From: Eledone cirrhosa
Taxonomy: Eukaryota
NCBI GenBank assembly: GCA_964016885.1
Contig: OZ024742.1
Location: 184,016,001 to 184,080,000, forward strand
Reading direction: 5' to 3'
DNA length: 64,000 nucleotides
Shown here piece after piece: positions 29,835 to 44,422 of this stretch (position 1 is the stretch's first letter; every line of letters starts with the position of its first letter). The notes beneath the pieces are model-generated. The model worked only from the letters and a program-made list of their open reading frames with translations, had not been told where the DNA came from and did no database searches. The translations under genes were made by a program, and so were the position numbers.

Positions 29835-30186
29835 GTAATTCCGTTGCAAAGGTCCAGGAAAAAGAGTGCTCTATGTATGTTACAGAGCTTATTATTTATT
29901 GTTGTTTATTACATAAATAAATATATATATATATTATATATATTATATATATAGATATATAGATATTATATATATTATATATATTATATATATATATATA
30001 TTATATATATATATATACATATATATATATACAGAGAATTAGTATATCTACCAACATATGTATACAGATGTATACCCATGCTAGCAAATATATATGTTAT
30101 GTCTTAGCACCTTTGTGGTTCTATGCAGGGGGATGCAGAACAATTATATGAAAGACGTAAAATAAGAAAATTTTAAAATTAACTTA

Positions 30187-30227
<41 letters not shown>

Positions 30228-30523
30228 CAAGAAATGACAAGACAAATACAGAGATGCAAAAAACACAGTCTTATTAGTATCGTGCTCAGTAGGAAGTAGA
30301 GAAGGTTTAACATTTCTCGCATATGTCCTTCTTCAGGAAATGGAGAGTTTGAAGAGGAAGACAGAAGTTTGAAACATCGGTGTTTGGAAAATAAAAATTA
30401 AAATTGAGAAGGCTAGGGTTGGTAGGTGAAACGTCCAGCATGCGGGAGTGGAGGCCGAGATGGAAAGTTCAGGTGTGTCAGAAGTATTATGTGTGTGCAA
30501 GATGGAGTGCATATGTGTGTGTT

Positions 30524-30711
30524 GGATTGGCAGTATCGGTAGAGGGTCGGACGCCATGCTTTGACGCATAGAGTTACGGCCCTTGCCATTCTGAGTTCAA
30601 ATCCCGCCGAGGTTAACTTTGCCTTTCATCCTTACGGGGTCGATAAAATAAAGTACCAGTAATGTACTGGGTAATTGCTAGCCTTGTGCCCCAAAATAAA
30701 AACAATTATTG
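30524..30711 (+). mobile_element. Family A SINE
   Basis: Full-length match to the reverse complement of 470-656. Confidence 0.85.
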
Positions 30712-30930
30712 CTTCTGTATGTATGTGTGGCTTGTGAATTGCTGATGGAAGTGCACGTGTGTGTGTCTGCGTGTGTGTGTGTGTGTACGTCCGTGTATGT
30801 TCCCGTGTATGCGTGTGTGTTTATGCGAATATACACGTGTGTATCTGTGGGTTCTTCAGACACACACACGCATGCACGCACCCGCACACGCACGCACGCG
30901 CACGCACACGCACAGGCACACACACGCACG

Positions 30931-30963
<33 letters not shown>

Positions 30964-31047
30964 GACCCTCCCCAAATATAACAATATTTGTTTCAACACA
31001 CGATTTCATATCAAAAGCTTGGCAAAACAAATACATATATATATATG

Positions 31048-31078
<31 letters not shown>

Positions 31079-31269
31079 ATATTGATAATCTGCAGTACTG
31101 GGACCGGGAAGCCTAAAAATCAAAAAAGTACTCAATACATAGTTTGATGCAGAGTGTGTATGTTAGTAAAAATAATATACTTTGACTAGTAAAAATAACA
31201 GATTAAAGTTTAAGCAAGAAATCGCTGCTTTCAACCTCTTCGGATTTTAGTCTTCACATTTATTATTAT

Positions 31270-31346
<77 letters not shown>

Positions 31347-31367
31347 CTCTCTCTCTCTCTATCTATC

Positions 31368-31400
<33 letters not shown>

Positions 31401-31487
31401 AAATGAAGTAATTCCGTCGGAAAAGTCCAGGAAAAAAGAGTGCTCTATGTAGGTAACAGAGCTTTATCAATAAATAGACAAGGATTT

Positions 31488-31547
31488 TTTCATTCTGATG
31501 ATTGAAAGCAAAATCTTTTGCTTTTAAGAAACCACTGGCAAATGGAA
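31488..31547 (+). ncRNA. Hammerhead with mutated cleavage triplet (GCA)
   Basis: TTTCATT-CTGATGA-[TTGAAAGCAAAA-TC-TTTTGCTTTTAA]-GAAAC-CACTG-GCA/AATGGAA. The same element family occurs at 27605-27680 and 29830-29915. Confidence 0.6.
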
Positions 31548-31612
31548 TAATTGCCTTATGTTGTTTATTACATAACTATATATATATATAGTTATGTAAT
31601 AAACTTATTATT

Positions 31613-31674
<62 letters not shown>

Positions 31675-31942
31675 CTTGCTTAAACTTTAATCTGTTATTT
31701 TAATATATATATATATAAATATATATATATGCGAGAAAAACCACAAACCCTTCATTAATTCTACTTTTGAAAAGCATAAGAACTTTGTAACCGGTAAAGG
31801 AAACAAATAAATATTCTTAAAAAGACTCCAGTTGTATTTTCGTTTTCATCTTTTTTCCTTTCACTCGTGTAGGACATCTCGTTTTTTTTTCATTTAAAAA
31901 AAAAACTCATTTTCTTATACACACACACATATATATATATAT

Positions 31943-32644
31943 AATTGTTTCTACTTTTGGCACAAGGCCAACAAATACCCAGTGCATTACTGGTACTTTA
32001 TTTTATCGACCCCGTAAGGATGAAAGGTAAAGTTAACCTCGGCGGGATTTGAACTCAGAATGGCAAGGGCCGTAACTCTACGCGTCAAAGCAAGGCGTCC
32101 GACCCTCTACCGATACTGCCAATCCATATATATATATCAAATATACAAATGTATAGGAACCCTAGATCAAATATTTATTATATATATAGTAGTTAGAGTA
32201 TTGGGCTTGCAATCGGATGGTTAAGTTCGAATTTCGGACCGGGTGATGCAGAGCGTCCTTGCTCCAGTTTACTCAGCTGTAGAAATGAGTTGCGATGTCA
32301 CTGGTGCCGAGCTGTATCGGCCATTGCCTTTCCCTCAGACAACATGGATGAGGAGAGACTGGTATCCATGGACGACTGCTGGTCTTCCAGAATCAACCTT
32401 GACCAGACTTGTGCGTCGTAGGGAAACTTTGTAAATGCAAATCCCATGGTCATTTGTGCCCGAGTGAGGTCTGTACTCTATGTATATAATTACTTCTACC
32501 TTTAGCACAAGGCCAGCAATTACCCAGTACATTACTGGTACTTTATTTTATCGACCCCGTATGGATGAAAGGCAAAGTTAACCTCGGCGGGATTTGAATT
32601 CAGAATGGCAAGGGTCGTAACTCAATGCGTCAAAGAATGGCGTC
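31943..32644. mobile_element. SINE cluster: family A (31943-32125 -, 32488-32644 -) and another tRNA-SINE (~32190-32470 +)
   Basis: Family A consensus matches. The middle element has B-box AAGTTCGAATTTC and GCTCCAGTTTACTCAGCTG. Confidence 0.75.
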
Positions 32645-32832
32645 TTTTGCAGAATATTTCCCCTCAAAAAGGTATCAAGTGATACTTTTATTAATTCTTT
32701 GTAAATTTGTCTTTTATATAAACTAGCTGATGCCATGGAAGTTCCATGGTTCAATTACAAACAAGCTTTAAAGACCAATAATATTTTAATTGCTATATTA
32801 ATGAGTTTATATACACACACACACACACGTAT

Positions 32833-32864
<32 letters not shown>

Positions 32865-32878
32865 CTGTGTGTGTGTGT

Positions 32879-32993
<115 letters not shown>

Positions 32994-34117
32994 CTAAAAT
33001 TAAACAGAAACGAAAAAGCAAACAACAGAGTACAATGAAGAAATATATTAACTTAAAACTTGCTATTCTAAGAAAAGAGTCTTTACATTTCAGATACCAC
33101 TCCTTTATCAGAAGCAAGAATGAGAAATAGAAATGGAAACAAGTTTTTTTTTTTAAAGCGCTTTTATATTCAGTCAGCCATACTCTTCGGTTTGTTGTTT
33201 CCCTCTTTTTTTTCCGATTTTTTTTTTTCGTTGTTGCTGTTTTTCTCTTTTCACTTTATTTTCCATTTTCCTTTCTGTTATCCTATATTTTCTTTCCCTC
33301 CCTCCTTCGTTTTCCCAATAACTTACCTAGTTATTGAACGCACTGGGGGTAGATATCTTGTCTTTAATGCGTAGAAATATCCGAGACCCCCAGCAGACAA
33401 CTGATGAAGAAACCCCCCCCCCCCCCAACTGTTCTTGCTTTCTTCTTATTCTTATTTTTAAGCATACCTTATCTAGCAACTACACAGCCAATTTTCTTCT
33501 TCATATATATATATATATTTTTCCTCCTAGCCTTTATCATTAGTGAATTGATTGATTGTTTGTTTGAAACCCTAGTTGAGAGCTTACTTCGAGACTGTGA
33601 ATAAATACTTTGTTCACACTTCTGAATGTACCCACCAAAACCCAGGAAGTGACCTTCCTCCTTTTAAGAAATGACACGAGACCTCACTGCCAATTTTACT
33701 ACTACAGTCGAATGGCTGTGTTGTCTCAGGACCTGATGAAAGTGGATATTTGGAACGAAAAAGCTGTTGACGAAGGGAAATCCTCGGTCCATCTTAGGGT
33801 ACAATACTGACTTGCAAATATATTACGCAACTTAGAGTGAAACTTCCGTCATCACAGAAACCTATCGAAGATATTTATCGATTAATATCTATCGATCAGG
33901 TCCAGGTTCGTCTTTAACCTGTCTCTATATTGTAGTATTAATGTGGCAACATGCCTCAGGTCACATTATTCCTTATGTCACTATTACCTAACTTATTGTG
34001 TTCACTCTGAGGAGATATTTCTTAATTACTTTATCAATGAGTGCTTTGTGACAGTCTTCGAAAATCAATCGGATGCCAATCTGCTACTTGCAGCTGCAAC
34101 TTCGATTATACTCATTA

Positions 34118-34319
34118 CGCGTGGTTAAAGAATTTGATTCGTAATCGTCAGGCTGTGAGTTCGATTTCCGGACCGGGTGATGCGTTTTGTCCTTGAGCAA
34201 GGCACTGTATTTCACGTTGCTGCTTCTACCTGGAGTTGCGACCGATAGATAGTATTATCAATTGGAAAGACCAATGGAAACATTGTTTCCTCGGTCCAAT
34301 TTGAAGACAGTCGATCGAC

Positions 34320-34320
<1 letters not shown>
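34118..34320 (+). mobile_element. Family B SINE ending at (TA)n
   Basis: Similar to 3590-3796. Confidence 0.75.
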
Positions 34321-34388
<68 letters not shown>

Positions 34389-35155
34389 GTGTATGTATAC
34401 AAACACTATATTGTCCAGAATTTAAAAAATGCTTTTTGGCGTTACTGCTACCGCCACGAGCACTCATTTACTCTCTTTATCACCCACTCACATACATACT
34501 CACAGCATACCTTTTTTTCTGTCTTTCACCCTTTTTCCATAAATAGTAGAATTAATTTTCGACATAGCTACTACCACGACGGCCACCAACCTCTTTCCCT
34601 CTCTCTCACGCATATTCTTTCCATTCCTCTTTCAAGCATCACATACGTTTTACACGAAATATACACCAGCTTTAACTCTGAACCTTCTGTAATAATTTAG
34701 CAGAAGATATCTGAAAACAGGTTTCTTAATTTAAATGTTTATCGCATCTTTACAATAGGATAGATAATTGTTAAAATTGACAGTGTTAGAGAAAAGACTT
34801 TAATATTTAATGTAATATTGTCATCGTGCTGTTTTGTACTTTTCAAAAATGTCTTGTAAGTACGGTTTCAAGTGGAACAAAAGTTTAATTGTTAATATCA
34901 TAGGAAATATTTTTTTAAAAGCGTCACGGAAAACTATAGATTTTCTAAAATAGGAAACGATGGTAAAAGGTTGGGAACCATTGCTTTAGGTTATGTTCGT
35001 TATTCTTGTATTGCAGCTTGGTATTGTAGTTTTGTTATCAACTATAAAGATACGCCCGGTATGTTAGTATATTTATATGTGTGTATGTGTATATATATAT
35101 AAATATATATATATATTTTTATATATATATATATATATAAATATATATATATATT

Positions 35156-35208
<53 letters not shown>

Positions 35209-35236
35209 ACATATATATATATACATATATATATAT

Positions 35237-35319
<83 letters not shown>

Positions 35320-35415
35320 TACATATATATGTATACATATATATATATATACATATACATATACATATACAAATATATATATATATATACATATATATAT
35401 ACATATATGTATACA

Positions 35416-35477
<62 letters not shown>

Positions 35478-37038
35478 ACTCTCTACAATGTACACACACA
35501 AACATACAGAATATATTTCTTATCACAGTCATGTTACTACAATAAGCACTTCGCTTTCCTATCATATAGTTATTTCTCCAAAGTTACTCATACATTTAAT
35601 CTTGTATGCTATTTGAACATACAATAATATTTGTGTATTTATACCCTAAAATAAATGATTAAAATATCATTCTTATCTTTAATCACTTCCATGTATCAGT
35701 AATCAACATAAAGTATTGGGGACTCGGTTTCTGCAAATTCCAAGTGTTTTGTTATCAAAATAGTTAAAAGGGCTTAACGTAAGATGTTCAAGTCTTTACC
35801 GGCAAATTCCCCATCATTGTCTCATTATTGACAGCTGGGCCCACTTGTTTAAAATCAAATATATGTAGGAAGCTCAGACGTTGAAAATAACTGTAATTAC
35901 AGTCAGTTGCTCTAAACTAGCTTATAAAAATCGGGTAAAACATTTTCTGTCTCTAGGGGTCTTTACCTGATTTTTCTCAGCTATTTTATAGCAACTGACT
36001 GTGATTGCAGTTATTTTCTTCGTCTGAGCTTCCTACCTATTATAAATTTATTGGCATATAGTAAGTTAAAAAATTCCAGCATCACACACGACTTTTGTTT
36101 AAACCTATGTATTTTCCTTTCAACTTTTTTTTTTACTATATCAACATTTTTCGTTGTATGTTTATGACCTATGTTGCATCTATATCTCTTTAAACAGCTA
36201 ACTTTAAACTTCAATTTAGATTCTAATAATGATTTGCTATTTTTTGTTGTTTAGCTTCAAGTCAACCCTAATTTAGAACTATGTTGAAAGGTACTCCAGT
36301 CATGACCATCCTGTTTTATATAACTAGAACTATGTTTCCATTGTATTTCTCGTTTTTGTGGGGTTTTTTTGGGACGTTAGAGTGTAAACTGAAAACTACT
36401 TTCATTGGTTCTCCTTTGGTTCTCCTATTTTTATTGATGTCAGCTCTGATTGAGCAGACCTATGAATTTCAGTCACGATCATCTCGTCATTTTTCTCTTA
36501 GCACAATGTACCCAAACCCCTGAAACTACCACTAATTCTACGATAAATAGTTTTAATTTTAATGTTTATATTTATTTAAATACTTTCCATCATAATTTCT
36601 TTTAAGGACATTTGTTCAGTTATATTCTAAACACCAACTTATTGACAAAGTTATAATACTAAATCCATATAAATTTATTTTCAGATGGTGGTTAAGGAGT
36701 TCGCTTATATCTACTGTAGCCTAGGGCTGTCCAATACTTTATGAGTGGAATTTGGTAAACGAAAACTTCATAAATCTGTCGTATATATATAGATATATAT
36801 GTATACGTGTGAGACCGTGAGTCTGCTTATATGTATGTTTGTATTTATATCACGTAACTAAGCGGTTCGACAAAAAAGAGATCGATAAAATAAATACCAG
36901 GCTTGAACAAAAGGCAGCATGATCAATAAAATCGACTAAAGTCAGTGACCACAGTCTCATGACATAGACAAGTGAAATTAAAGTGTCGTCCATTAGAAAT
37001 ATGATAACGAAAACGTTCATGAGCTCATATCTCTTAAT

Positions 37039-37694
37039 CAGCATTTCTCAACCGGTGTTCTCCGGAACCCTCGGGTTCCGGAAGAGGTCGCTAGGGTTTC
37101 TGCAAGAAACAGTGATAACTAAGCTATCTATGATAAACAGTGATAAATAAGCTTTCTATGATAAAAGAAAATGTTTACCGCGTGAACTACGATAAAAATA
37201 TAAAAGGGATAGATATTAAAAATGGTTTCTGATATAGGCACCAGGCCAACAACTTTTGGGGAAGGGACAAGTCGATTAAATCGACCCCAGTGCCTTACTG
37301 GTACTTTATTTTATCGAACCCGAAAGGATGAAAGGCAAAGTTAACCTCGGCGGGATTTGAACTCGGAATATAAAGGGCCGTAACTATGTCGTAAAGCATT
37401 TTCTTCGACGCTTTACCGATACTGCCAATCCACCGCATTTATAGATATTAATAATTGTCTCTACTTTAGGCACAAGGCCAGCAATTACCCAGTGCATTAC
37501 TGGTACTTTATTTTATCGACCCCGTAAGGATGAAAGGCAAAGTCAACCTCGGCGGGATTTGAACTCAGATCGTAAAGGGACGTAACTATGCTGGAAAGCA
37601 TGGTGTCCGACCCTCTACTGATACTGCCAATCCAATGGAACACAATACTTTTTATGCAGGAGTTCCAGAAGGGTAGACAGGTTGATTAATGCTG
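37039..37694. mobile_element. hAT-type MITE with two nested family A SINEs (37222-37436, 37452-37634)
   Basis: TIRs CAGCATTTCTCAACC / GGTTGATTAATGCTG. 8-bp TSD CTCTTAAT (37031-37038) / CTCATAAT (37695-37702), 7 of 8 matching. Confidence 0.7.
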
Positions 37695-37959
37695 CTCATA
37701 ATTCTCAGAGATTTGTCATGTTTTCTATCAACTACCTTTCATTTTGCTTAAAATTAGTCCTTTTACAAAACCCTGTATCTCTTCTATTTAGCTCTGTCGT
37801 TAATAATGTTTCATTGCCGGAAGATTAAGATAAGCATTCTATTTCTTACTAACGATTATTTTGTTTGTTTTCTTTATGTGTGCGTGCCTGGATGCGCATA
37901 TGTGCATATGTCTGTTAGTGTATCTGTATCTACATATGTATGACTTTATGCGCGTAGGC

Positions 37960-38160
37960 GTGTGTATGTGTGTGTATGTGTGTGCTTGTATAGGTGTGTG
38001 CATGTGTATGTGTGTGCTTGTATGGGTGCGTGCATGTGTATGTGTGTGCTTGTATGGGTGTGTGCATGTGTATGTGTGTGCTTGTATGGGTGTGTGCATG
38101 TGTATGTGTGTGCTTGTATGGGTGTGTGCGTATGTATGTGTGTGCTTGTATGGGTGTGTC
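37960..38160. repeat. 32-bp GT-rich minisatellite
   Basis: GTGTGCATGTGTATGTGTGTGCTTGTATGGGT, about 6 copies. Confidence 0.85.
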
Positions 38161-38744
38161 CATATATCAATGTGCATGTATGTGTTTCTGTGTACGTAAG
38201 TGTGGGCATGTGGGCGTGCATGCTTGTATGCTTATGTGTATCTGCCTATGTGCATATGTTTGTAAGTGGATAGGCGAACGCGTATGTATGTGTTTGTGTA
38301 TACGTCGTGGGTGTACGCGTATGTTTGTGTAGATGTACGTGTGTGCGTATGTTTGTGTGTACGTGCATGACTGTGCGTGTATAGTTGTGCATATGCGCGT
38401 GTGTGTGTGCGTGAGTGCATGTATATGTGTGCGTGCGTGCATGTTTCTTGCTCCTAAGTTTCATAGGTTTCATATAATGAATTAGTTATAATATCTCTAT
38501 TTACGTTCACTATCTTCCATTCTTTATCTACTATAGACAATCTATTAGCGAGGAATTTCGTATGGTTTTGTATATAATTTATCATCAATATAAAATGTGA
38601 ACTAGATACGTAGAAGAGATGGAAATGATAAAAGCGCCTACAACAACATATATAAGGAATCCGTCATTAGATGGGAACATGAACACATGTAATATAAATG
38701 CAAATCAAATTAAAAGGAAAAGCATGTCTCCAATAACTAACTAA

Positions 38745-39045
38745 TCGGTACTCCGTTGGTTACAACGATCAACGGAACATCCTGCTCGTGAAATTAATGT
38801 CCAAGTAGCTGAGCATTCTACGGACATGCATACCCTTAACGTAGTTCTGGGGGAGATTCAGCGTGACAAAAAGCGTGATAAAGCTGGCCGTTCGAATTAC
38901 AGACACAACTCCTGTTTGCCAGCTGAGTGGACTGGAGCAACGTGAAATAAAGTGTCTTGCTCAAAGAGACAGCGTGCCGCCGGGAATCGAACTCACGACC
39001 TTACGATTGTGAGCCGAGTACGCAAACCACAAAGCCACACGGCTC
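38745..39045 (-). mobile_element. tRNA-derived SINE, family C (older)
   Basis: A/B boxes on the minus strand (GTGAGTTCGATTCCCGG). The segment GCTCGTGAAATTAA..GCTGAGCA recurs at ~40620-40800, 54870-55050 and 60935-61115. Confidence 0.7.
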
Positions 39046-39438
39046 TATATGTGACCAATATAGGCGATAACATGGCAGAGTAGTTACAACATCGAACAGA
39101 ATATTTTGTGGTAGTTCCCGCTTTCTACGCTCTGAATTTAAGTCCTGTGGAGGTCAACATTGCTTTTCATTCTTTCGCGGTCTATAAATAAAGTGCCAGT
39201 CTAATACTGTGTTCGATTCATCCTCTTCTTACTCTTTTTCGGAAAGAGAGAGGGATAGGCTTCACAAGGTTTAATTAAGTGCCCAAGGTGTTTAAGATAC
39301 CACCACGACTCCATTAGGAATTCGGGATCCATGAATAAGGATACCATGTCATTCTACATCTGGAAACTATGGAAAATTTCTAAAAAGTTCACTAAAGCGG
39401 GGTTTGAACTCAAGAGCGGAGAGAGTCGGAGCAAAATA

Positions 39439-39628
39439 ATTGTTTCTACTTTAGGCACAAGGCCAGCGATTACCCAGTGCATTACTGGTACTTTATTTTA
39501 TCGACCCCGTAAGGATGAAAGGCAAAGTCAACCTCGGCGGGATTTGAACTCAGATCGTAAAGGGACGTAACTATGCTGGAAAGCATGGCGTCCGACCCTC
39601 TACCGATACTACCAATCCACCGCCCTTC
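39439..39628 (-). mobile_element. Family A SINE with ~18-bp TSD
   Basis: GAGTCGGAGCAAAATAAT at 39423-39440 and 39629-39646. Confidence 0.9.
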
Positions 39629-39758
39629 GAGTCGGAGCAAAATAATGTGGCATTTTCAGGGTCCATAAATATGGATACCACCACGTCAGTCTACACATGA
39701 AATTCAAAATAACTGTTTGTTTACTTGTTATATGTACGTAAAGGAATTGTGGAACAAA

Positions 39759-40010
39759 CTAGAAATCATGTTCTCTAATATGTCGTCCGCCTCTTGGTCC
39801 CAGCTGAGGAGGATGGAGAAAAACATTGCCTTGGATGGCGGCGAGGGAGACACGCTGGAATAACCACTTCACCTTGCGGGGCTCGCACCCACGGGCAGCC
39901 AATTCCGCTCCGATAGCAGAGAGCAGGGATGTGGTCCAGGGACCAAGAAAGCCGGAAGTCTCCACTGCTACAGGCTCTACCACAAACCTATAACCTTTGG
40001 AAAGTTTCTA
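39759..40010 (-). mobile_element. CRE-like non-LTR retrotransposon, C-terminal restriction-like endonuclease fragment
   Basis: VEPVAVETSGFLGPWTTSLLSAIG..WLFQRVSLAAIQGN is typical of the CRE-clade C-terminus. Confidence 0.7.
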
Positions 40011-40156
40011 AAATTTGACTACTGCGGGGTTTGAACTCAAATGTGCGAAGAGTCTGAACAACATACTGTAGTATTTAATCCGATGCTCTATCGACTTTTA
40101 ACAGTTCACCGCCTCGAAATATACCGCAACATTATGTATTATAATCAACACTAAAA

Positions 40157-40592
40157 CTGATGTACTTGGACCCCGTACAGTCGAGCTCCTCCGCAAGATC
40201 GGTACGTCGGTGACTCGTCTGAGGAAGGAGCCCCACGAGATGGGGTGCCTGTTGCACCGGGTGTCGCTGGCCATTGTCCACGAGAATGCTATTGCGGTCT
40301 TGTCTGCGGGGCGCAGCCCATTTACGGCCGCGCCCTAGGCCGAGAGCTCAATCCCCCACCCCACCCCGCCCCCATCCATCATTCTTCTGTGACACTAGAG
40401 TCCTATTCCTATTGCTATTCCCTTTCTTTTTCGTTTTTTTTTTTCTTTTTCTCTTTTTTTCTTTATATTTTCCTATTTTACATTCCATTCTTCTCAATCT
40501 AAATTTTCCTTTTCTCTTTTTCTATTTAACTGTATTTACATTGTTAATGATATCGAAATAAATTCCATTTACCTATTTTAAAAAAAAAAAAA
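40157..40592 (+). mobile_element. Second CRE-like 3' end with 3' UTR and poly(A)
   Basis: TDVLGPRTVELLRKIG..LLHRVSLAIVHENA, then a T-rich UTR, AATAAA and an A-tract at ~40580-40592. Confidence 0.65.
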
Positions 40593-41703
40593 TTCATGGT
40601 TATAACGGAAGGGGAATGAAACTCCGTCGGTTTCGACGATGAATGTTCCAGTTGTTCGATAGCTGGATCTGTCTGCTAGTGAAATTAACATGCAAATATC
40701 TGAGTATTCTACAGACACGTTTACACTTAACGTAATTATCAGGGAGATTCAGTTTGACGCTGGGTGTGTCATGGCTGGGCCACTGAATTGCAGGTAAAGT
40801 CTATCGAATTGTCTTCCAAACAGTTTCCATCTACACGATTCTACTTGTATGGGTCAAACCGAGGCCATGGTAAATGACACTTGCCCGAGATGACACACAG
40901 TGAGATTGAATACGGGATGGATATAGTACTAATAATATAAATATATATACCAACAAATCTCGCCTTCAATAAACAAACAGAAATAACATGGAGAATACAT
41001 TAAATGTTTAATACTGCTCTTATAATCATCACAGGGTGTAAAATTGCCAATAGCAACTAAGGTTGATTAGAATACTATATAAAAATAAAACACACAATCA
41101 ACAGTGATTTTGTGAAACTGGATGATATATAGACGGGGAATACGTATGTACTAGAGTAATTGTCAATAGACTTACGGGGATATATTAGAGTTTGCTTTAA
41201 AATGTTTAATATAGGAAACATTAGATGTGTTGTAAAGGTATGTGGCCTAGCAGTTAGTTGTGTTGGGATCATGATCATAAGGTAGTGGGTTCTGTCCTGG
41301 ACCGAGTAGCCGTTATGTTCTGGAGCAAGACGCTTGCTTCATTTAACGTTGCTTTTTATTAGGAATCAGCGTCTATCGTTAAAACAGCCGAGAAACCTCC
41401 TACGAAATGTAACCTTGTAGAAAGCCAGCTAAACCTGTATGGGAGGCGAGCTCTAAATTCCATATTTTTTCATTAAATATGTTAACTACAAACGATTTGC
41501 GGTGAAGAAAAAATATAGAACAATATCTGTCATCAATTAACATTTTGAACCTTTCATCAAATATAGGAGAAACCCTGGACAGTTTTTGGTTTGATTAGAT
41601 TTCATCTGCCAGGCACAGACTTCAGCATATATGCCAAAATATTGTGCCAAACATACTCTGTATATGTCAAATACATTTAGAGAATTATAAAATAAATGTC
41701 TAA

Positions 41704-41873
41704 TAATTGTTTCTACTTTTGGCACAAGGCCAGTAATTATCCTAGTGCATTACTGGTGCTTTATATTTCGACCCCGTAAGGATGAAAGGCAAAGTTAACC
41801 TCGGCGGGATTTGAACTCAGACCGCAAAGAGGCGTAACTATGCTGCAATGCATGGTGTCCGACCCTCTACCGA
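41704..41873 (-). mobile_element. Family A SINE
   Basis: Consensus match. Confidence 0.8.
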
Positions 41874-42766
41874 TTAATGAACATTTGTAATCGTAGAAAA
41901 GAGAATTATTCAGCGGATAAAATACTTTTAGATGCTATCTACATGAAAAGCAATATTTACTTTAGTGATAGTATATTTAAGGCAGAGTGCAATAAGTATA
42001 TTCAATAAAGCATGTTTATGCTGTGAGAAAAATAAGACGTTTTCTATTTTAACAGTTTTCTATAAGCATAGAATAGGGTATTATATAAATTAAAAGTCTC
42101 ATCAAGAAAATTGACAACAGAAAGATTCGTATTAAAATGTGATCAAAAGATTTAGACGTTTGAAAAAAAGAATCAGGTTCTTCTTAATCATATCTAAAGC
42201 ACAGCACTACAGTTTGTCATTATCAATAAGCCGTCATCCCAGTAAAAATACCCCATCTAGCTTCGGGGAAGTTTTCCTAAGTTAGGACAATATATATAGA
42301 CCAATAAAGTCAGGGATTTGGGACGAATTGCTTGCCCCAACATCAAATAAGATGCTTACAGATTTTCTTTTTATCCAGACGGAATAATCAAAATTTATCA
42401 TTATTTTTTCAGCATGTATAAATCACGTCTACTTCGAAATTCTTAATATCAGTTATAGTTTTATCAAAATGAATTGTCCTAAGTAATAATGGTAATATTG
42501 AAGTTTAAACATAGCGTGGAATTTCAAAACCTCACCGCACATATAAATATACCGTATTTACCGGCGCCGAAAACGTTTCGTCCTGTCCTCGAGGACAACC
42601 AAAAATTTGAAAAAGAATAATAAATAACCTTCGGCCACCAAGACGCATGGTAGATTATTTAGACTTATTTTAGGAAAAAGGAGTTCCCTCGGGTTGGTTT
42701 TGTTAGCGCCTAATTTGCATCGAAGGGTTACTCCTGAACATGTTATTTTTATATATCGATATTTGC

Positions 42767-42839
<73 letters not shown>

Positions 42840-42967
42840 ACGAAGAAAATGTGGTAAGGAACCAGGTGGACCATAACGCACCAAAGTCCAGAATTAGCCG
42901 TCGAAACGGCTTGAGCTCAGCCGTCGGGGTCCTACTCGTTCCTATATATATATATATATATATATAT

Positions 42968-43145
42968 ACGTAGGTCCCGGGTTGAGTCGGGCATAACCAC
43001 AGTAAGTAAGGTACTCAATACATGGCAGAGTAAACATTTTTTATTGTATAGAAGGAGCTTCTACAGGACTAGTACTGTTTCATTCCTGAAGATTTCATCT
43101 GAATGAAACAGTACTAGTCCTGTAGAAGCTCCTTCTATACAATTT

Positions 43146-43150
<5 letters not shown>
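42968..43150. mobile_element. Fold-back HHR element (stem I 5' arm lost at the inversion)
   Basis: Inverted repeat 43043-43085 / 43101-43143. CTGAAGA-TTTCATCTGAAT-GAAAC-A-GTA/CTAGT at 43086-43118. GTACTCAATA motif at ~43011. Confidence 0.6.
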
Positions 43151-43192
<42 letters not shown>

Positions 43193-43381
43193 CGACATGT
43201 TCAGGAGTAACCCTTCGATGCAAATTAGGCGCTAACAAAACCAAGCCGAGGGAACTCGCATAGATATTGTTTTCGGTATATCTATTTTAATATCTGCTTT
43301 AAAAAAACATAGCAAACATATAATCAGTTATAATAATGAAGTATTACCTACATTATATTAGCAATGTGGATACTGCCAATT

Positions 43382-43550
43382 GGTGGATTGGCAGTATCGG
43401 TAGAGAGTCGGACACCATGCTTTGAAGCATAGAGTTACGTCCCTTTATGATCTGAGTTCAAATCCCGCCGAGGTTAACTTTGTCTTTCATCCTTACGGGG
43501 TCGATAAAATAAAGTACCAGTAATGTACTGAGTAATTGCTGGCCTTGTGT
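43382..43550 (+). mobile_element. Family A SINE
   Basis: Consensus match. Confidence 0.8.
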
Positions 43551-44096
43551 CATACATGCTCAGACAACAGTTGTTTCTGGCTCTGAAGAAACACAATAAT
43601 CACCACAATTAAATGGATAATCACTTATGTTAAAATTCGTACTTATATCGTATATGCAATAACTCTTCGTGAGTCTATGTGTGTATATGCAATTACCGTA
43701 TTTCCCGGCGTCGAAGTCGTTACCTTTTTCCTAAAATCAATCTAAATAATCTACCATATACTCACATATATATATACACATATATATATACTCACATATA
43801 CTCACATATATATATAGATACTCACATATATATATACTCATATATATATATATATACACACACATATCGATATATATATATATTTATATTTATTAAAATA
43901 ACAGATTAAAGTTTAAGCAAAGAATCGCTGCTTTAAACTTTAATCTGTTATTTTAATAAATATTTGCTCTACGGTTCTTATATATTTGATATATATTTAT
44001 CCTTATCGAGCCCTCTTTGGATTTTAGTCTTCAAATTTATTATTATTACTATATATATTTATATATATTTATACATACAAATTTTACTATATATAT

Positions 44097-44371
44097 ATTA
44101 ATTCAAAATATTAACAAAATAGATATTCTTGTGATCAAGTATATTTTATAATACATATTTCAGAGGTACTGAGTTAAGTTCAACAGTATGTCCTCATCAG
44201 ATAAAATAAGATGATGCATGACATACCCTGACATAGTAGATGGTTAAGATTCAGTCATGGTAGTCTGAATTAATATTAATAACTCTGGAAAACCTTTTTA
44301 TTACTGTTGAGTGCTTCCAATCTATTGTAAAACTAATTCTTTGATGTATTCATTGAACCTTGTTTAACTTT

Positions 44372-44375
<4 letters not shown>
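44097..44375. mobile_element. Non-autonomous derivative of the 1243-3210 PLE
   Basis: 44097-44263 matches 1243-1412 and 44267-44375 matches ~3107-3210. No RT. Confidence 0.85.
44142..44208 (-). ncRNA. Type I hammerhead (paralog of 1290-1356)
   Basis: Same fold as 1290-1356; cleavage triplet AUU. Confidence 0.7.

Positions 44376-44422
<47 letters not shown>

Noticed and set aside
33395-33800. CTGATGA..GAAA strings at ~33401 and ~33733
   Set aside because: Could not build stems I and III with a correctly placed UH site.
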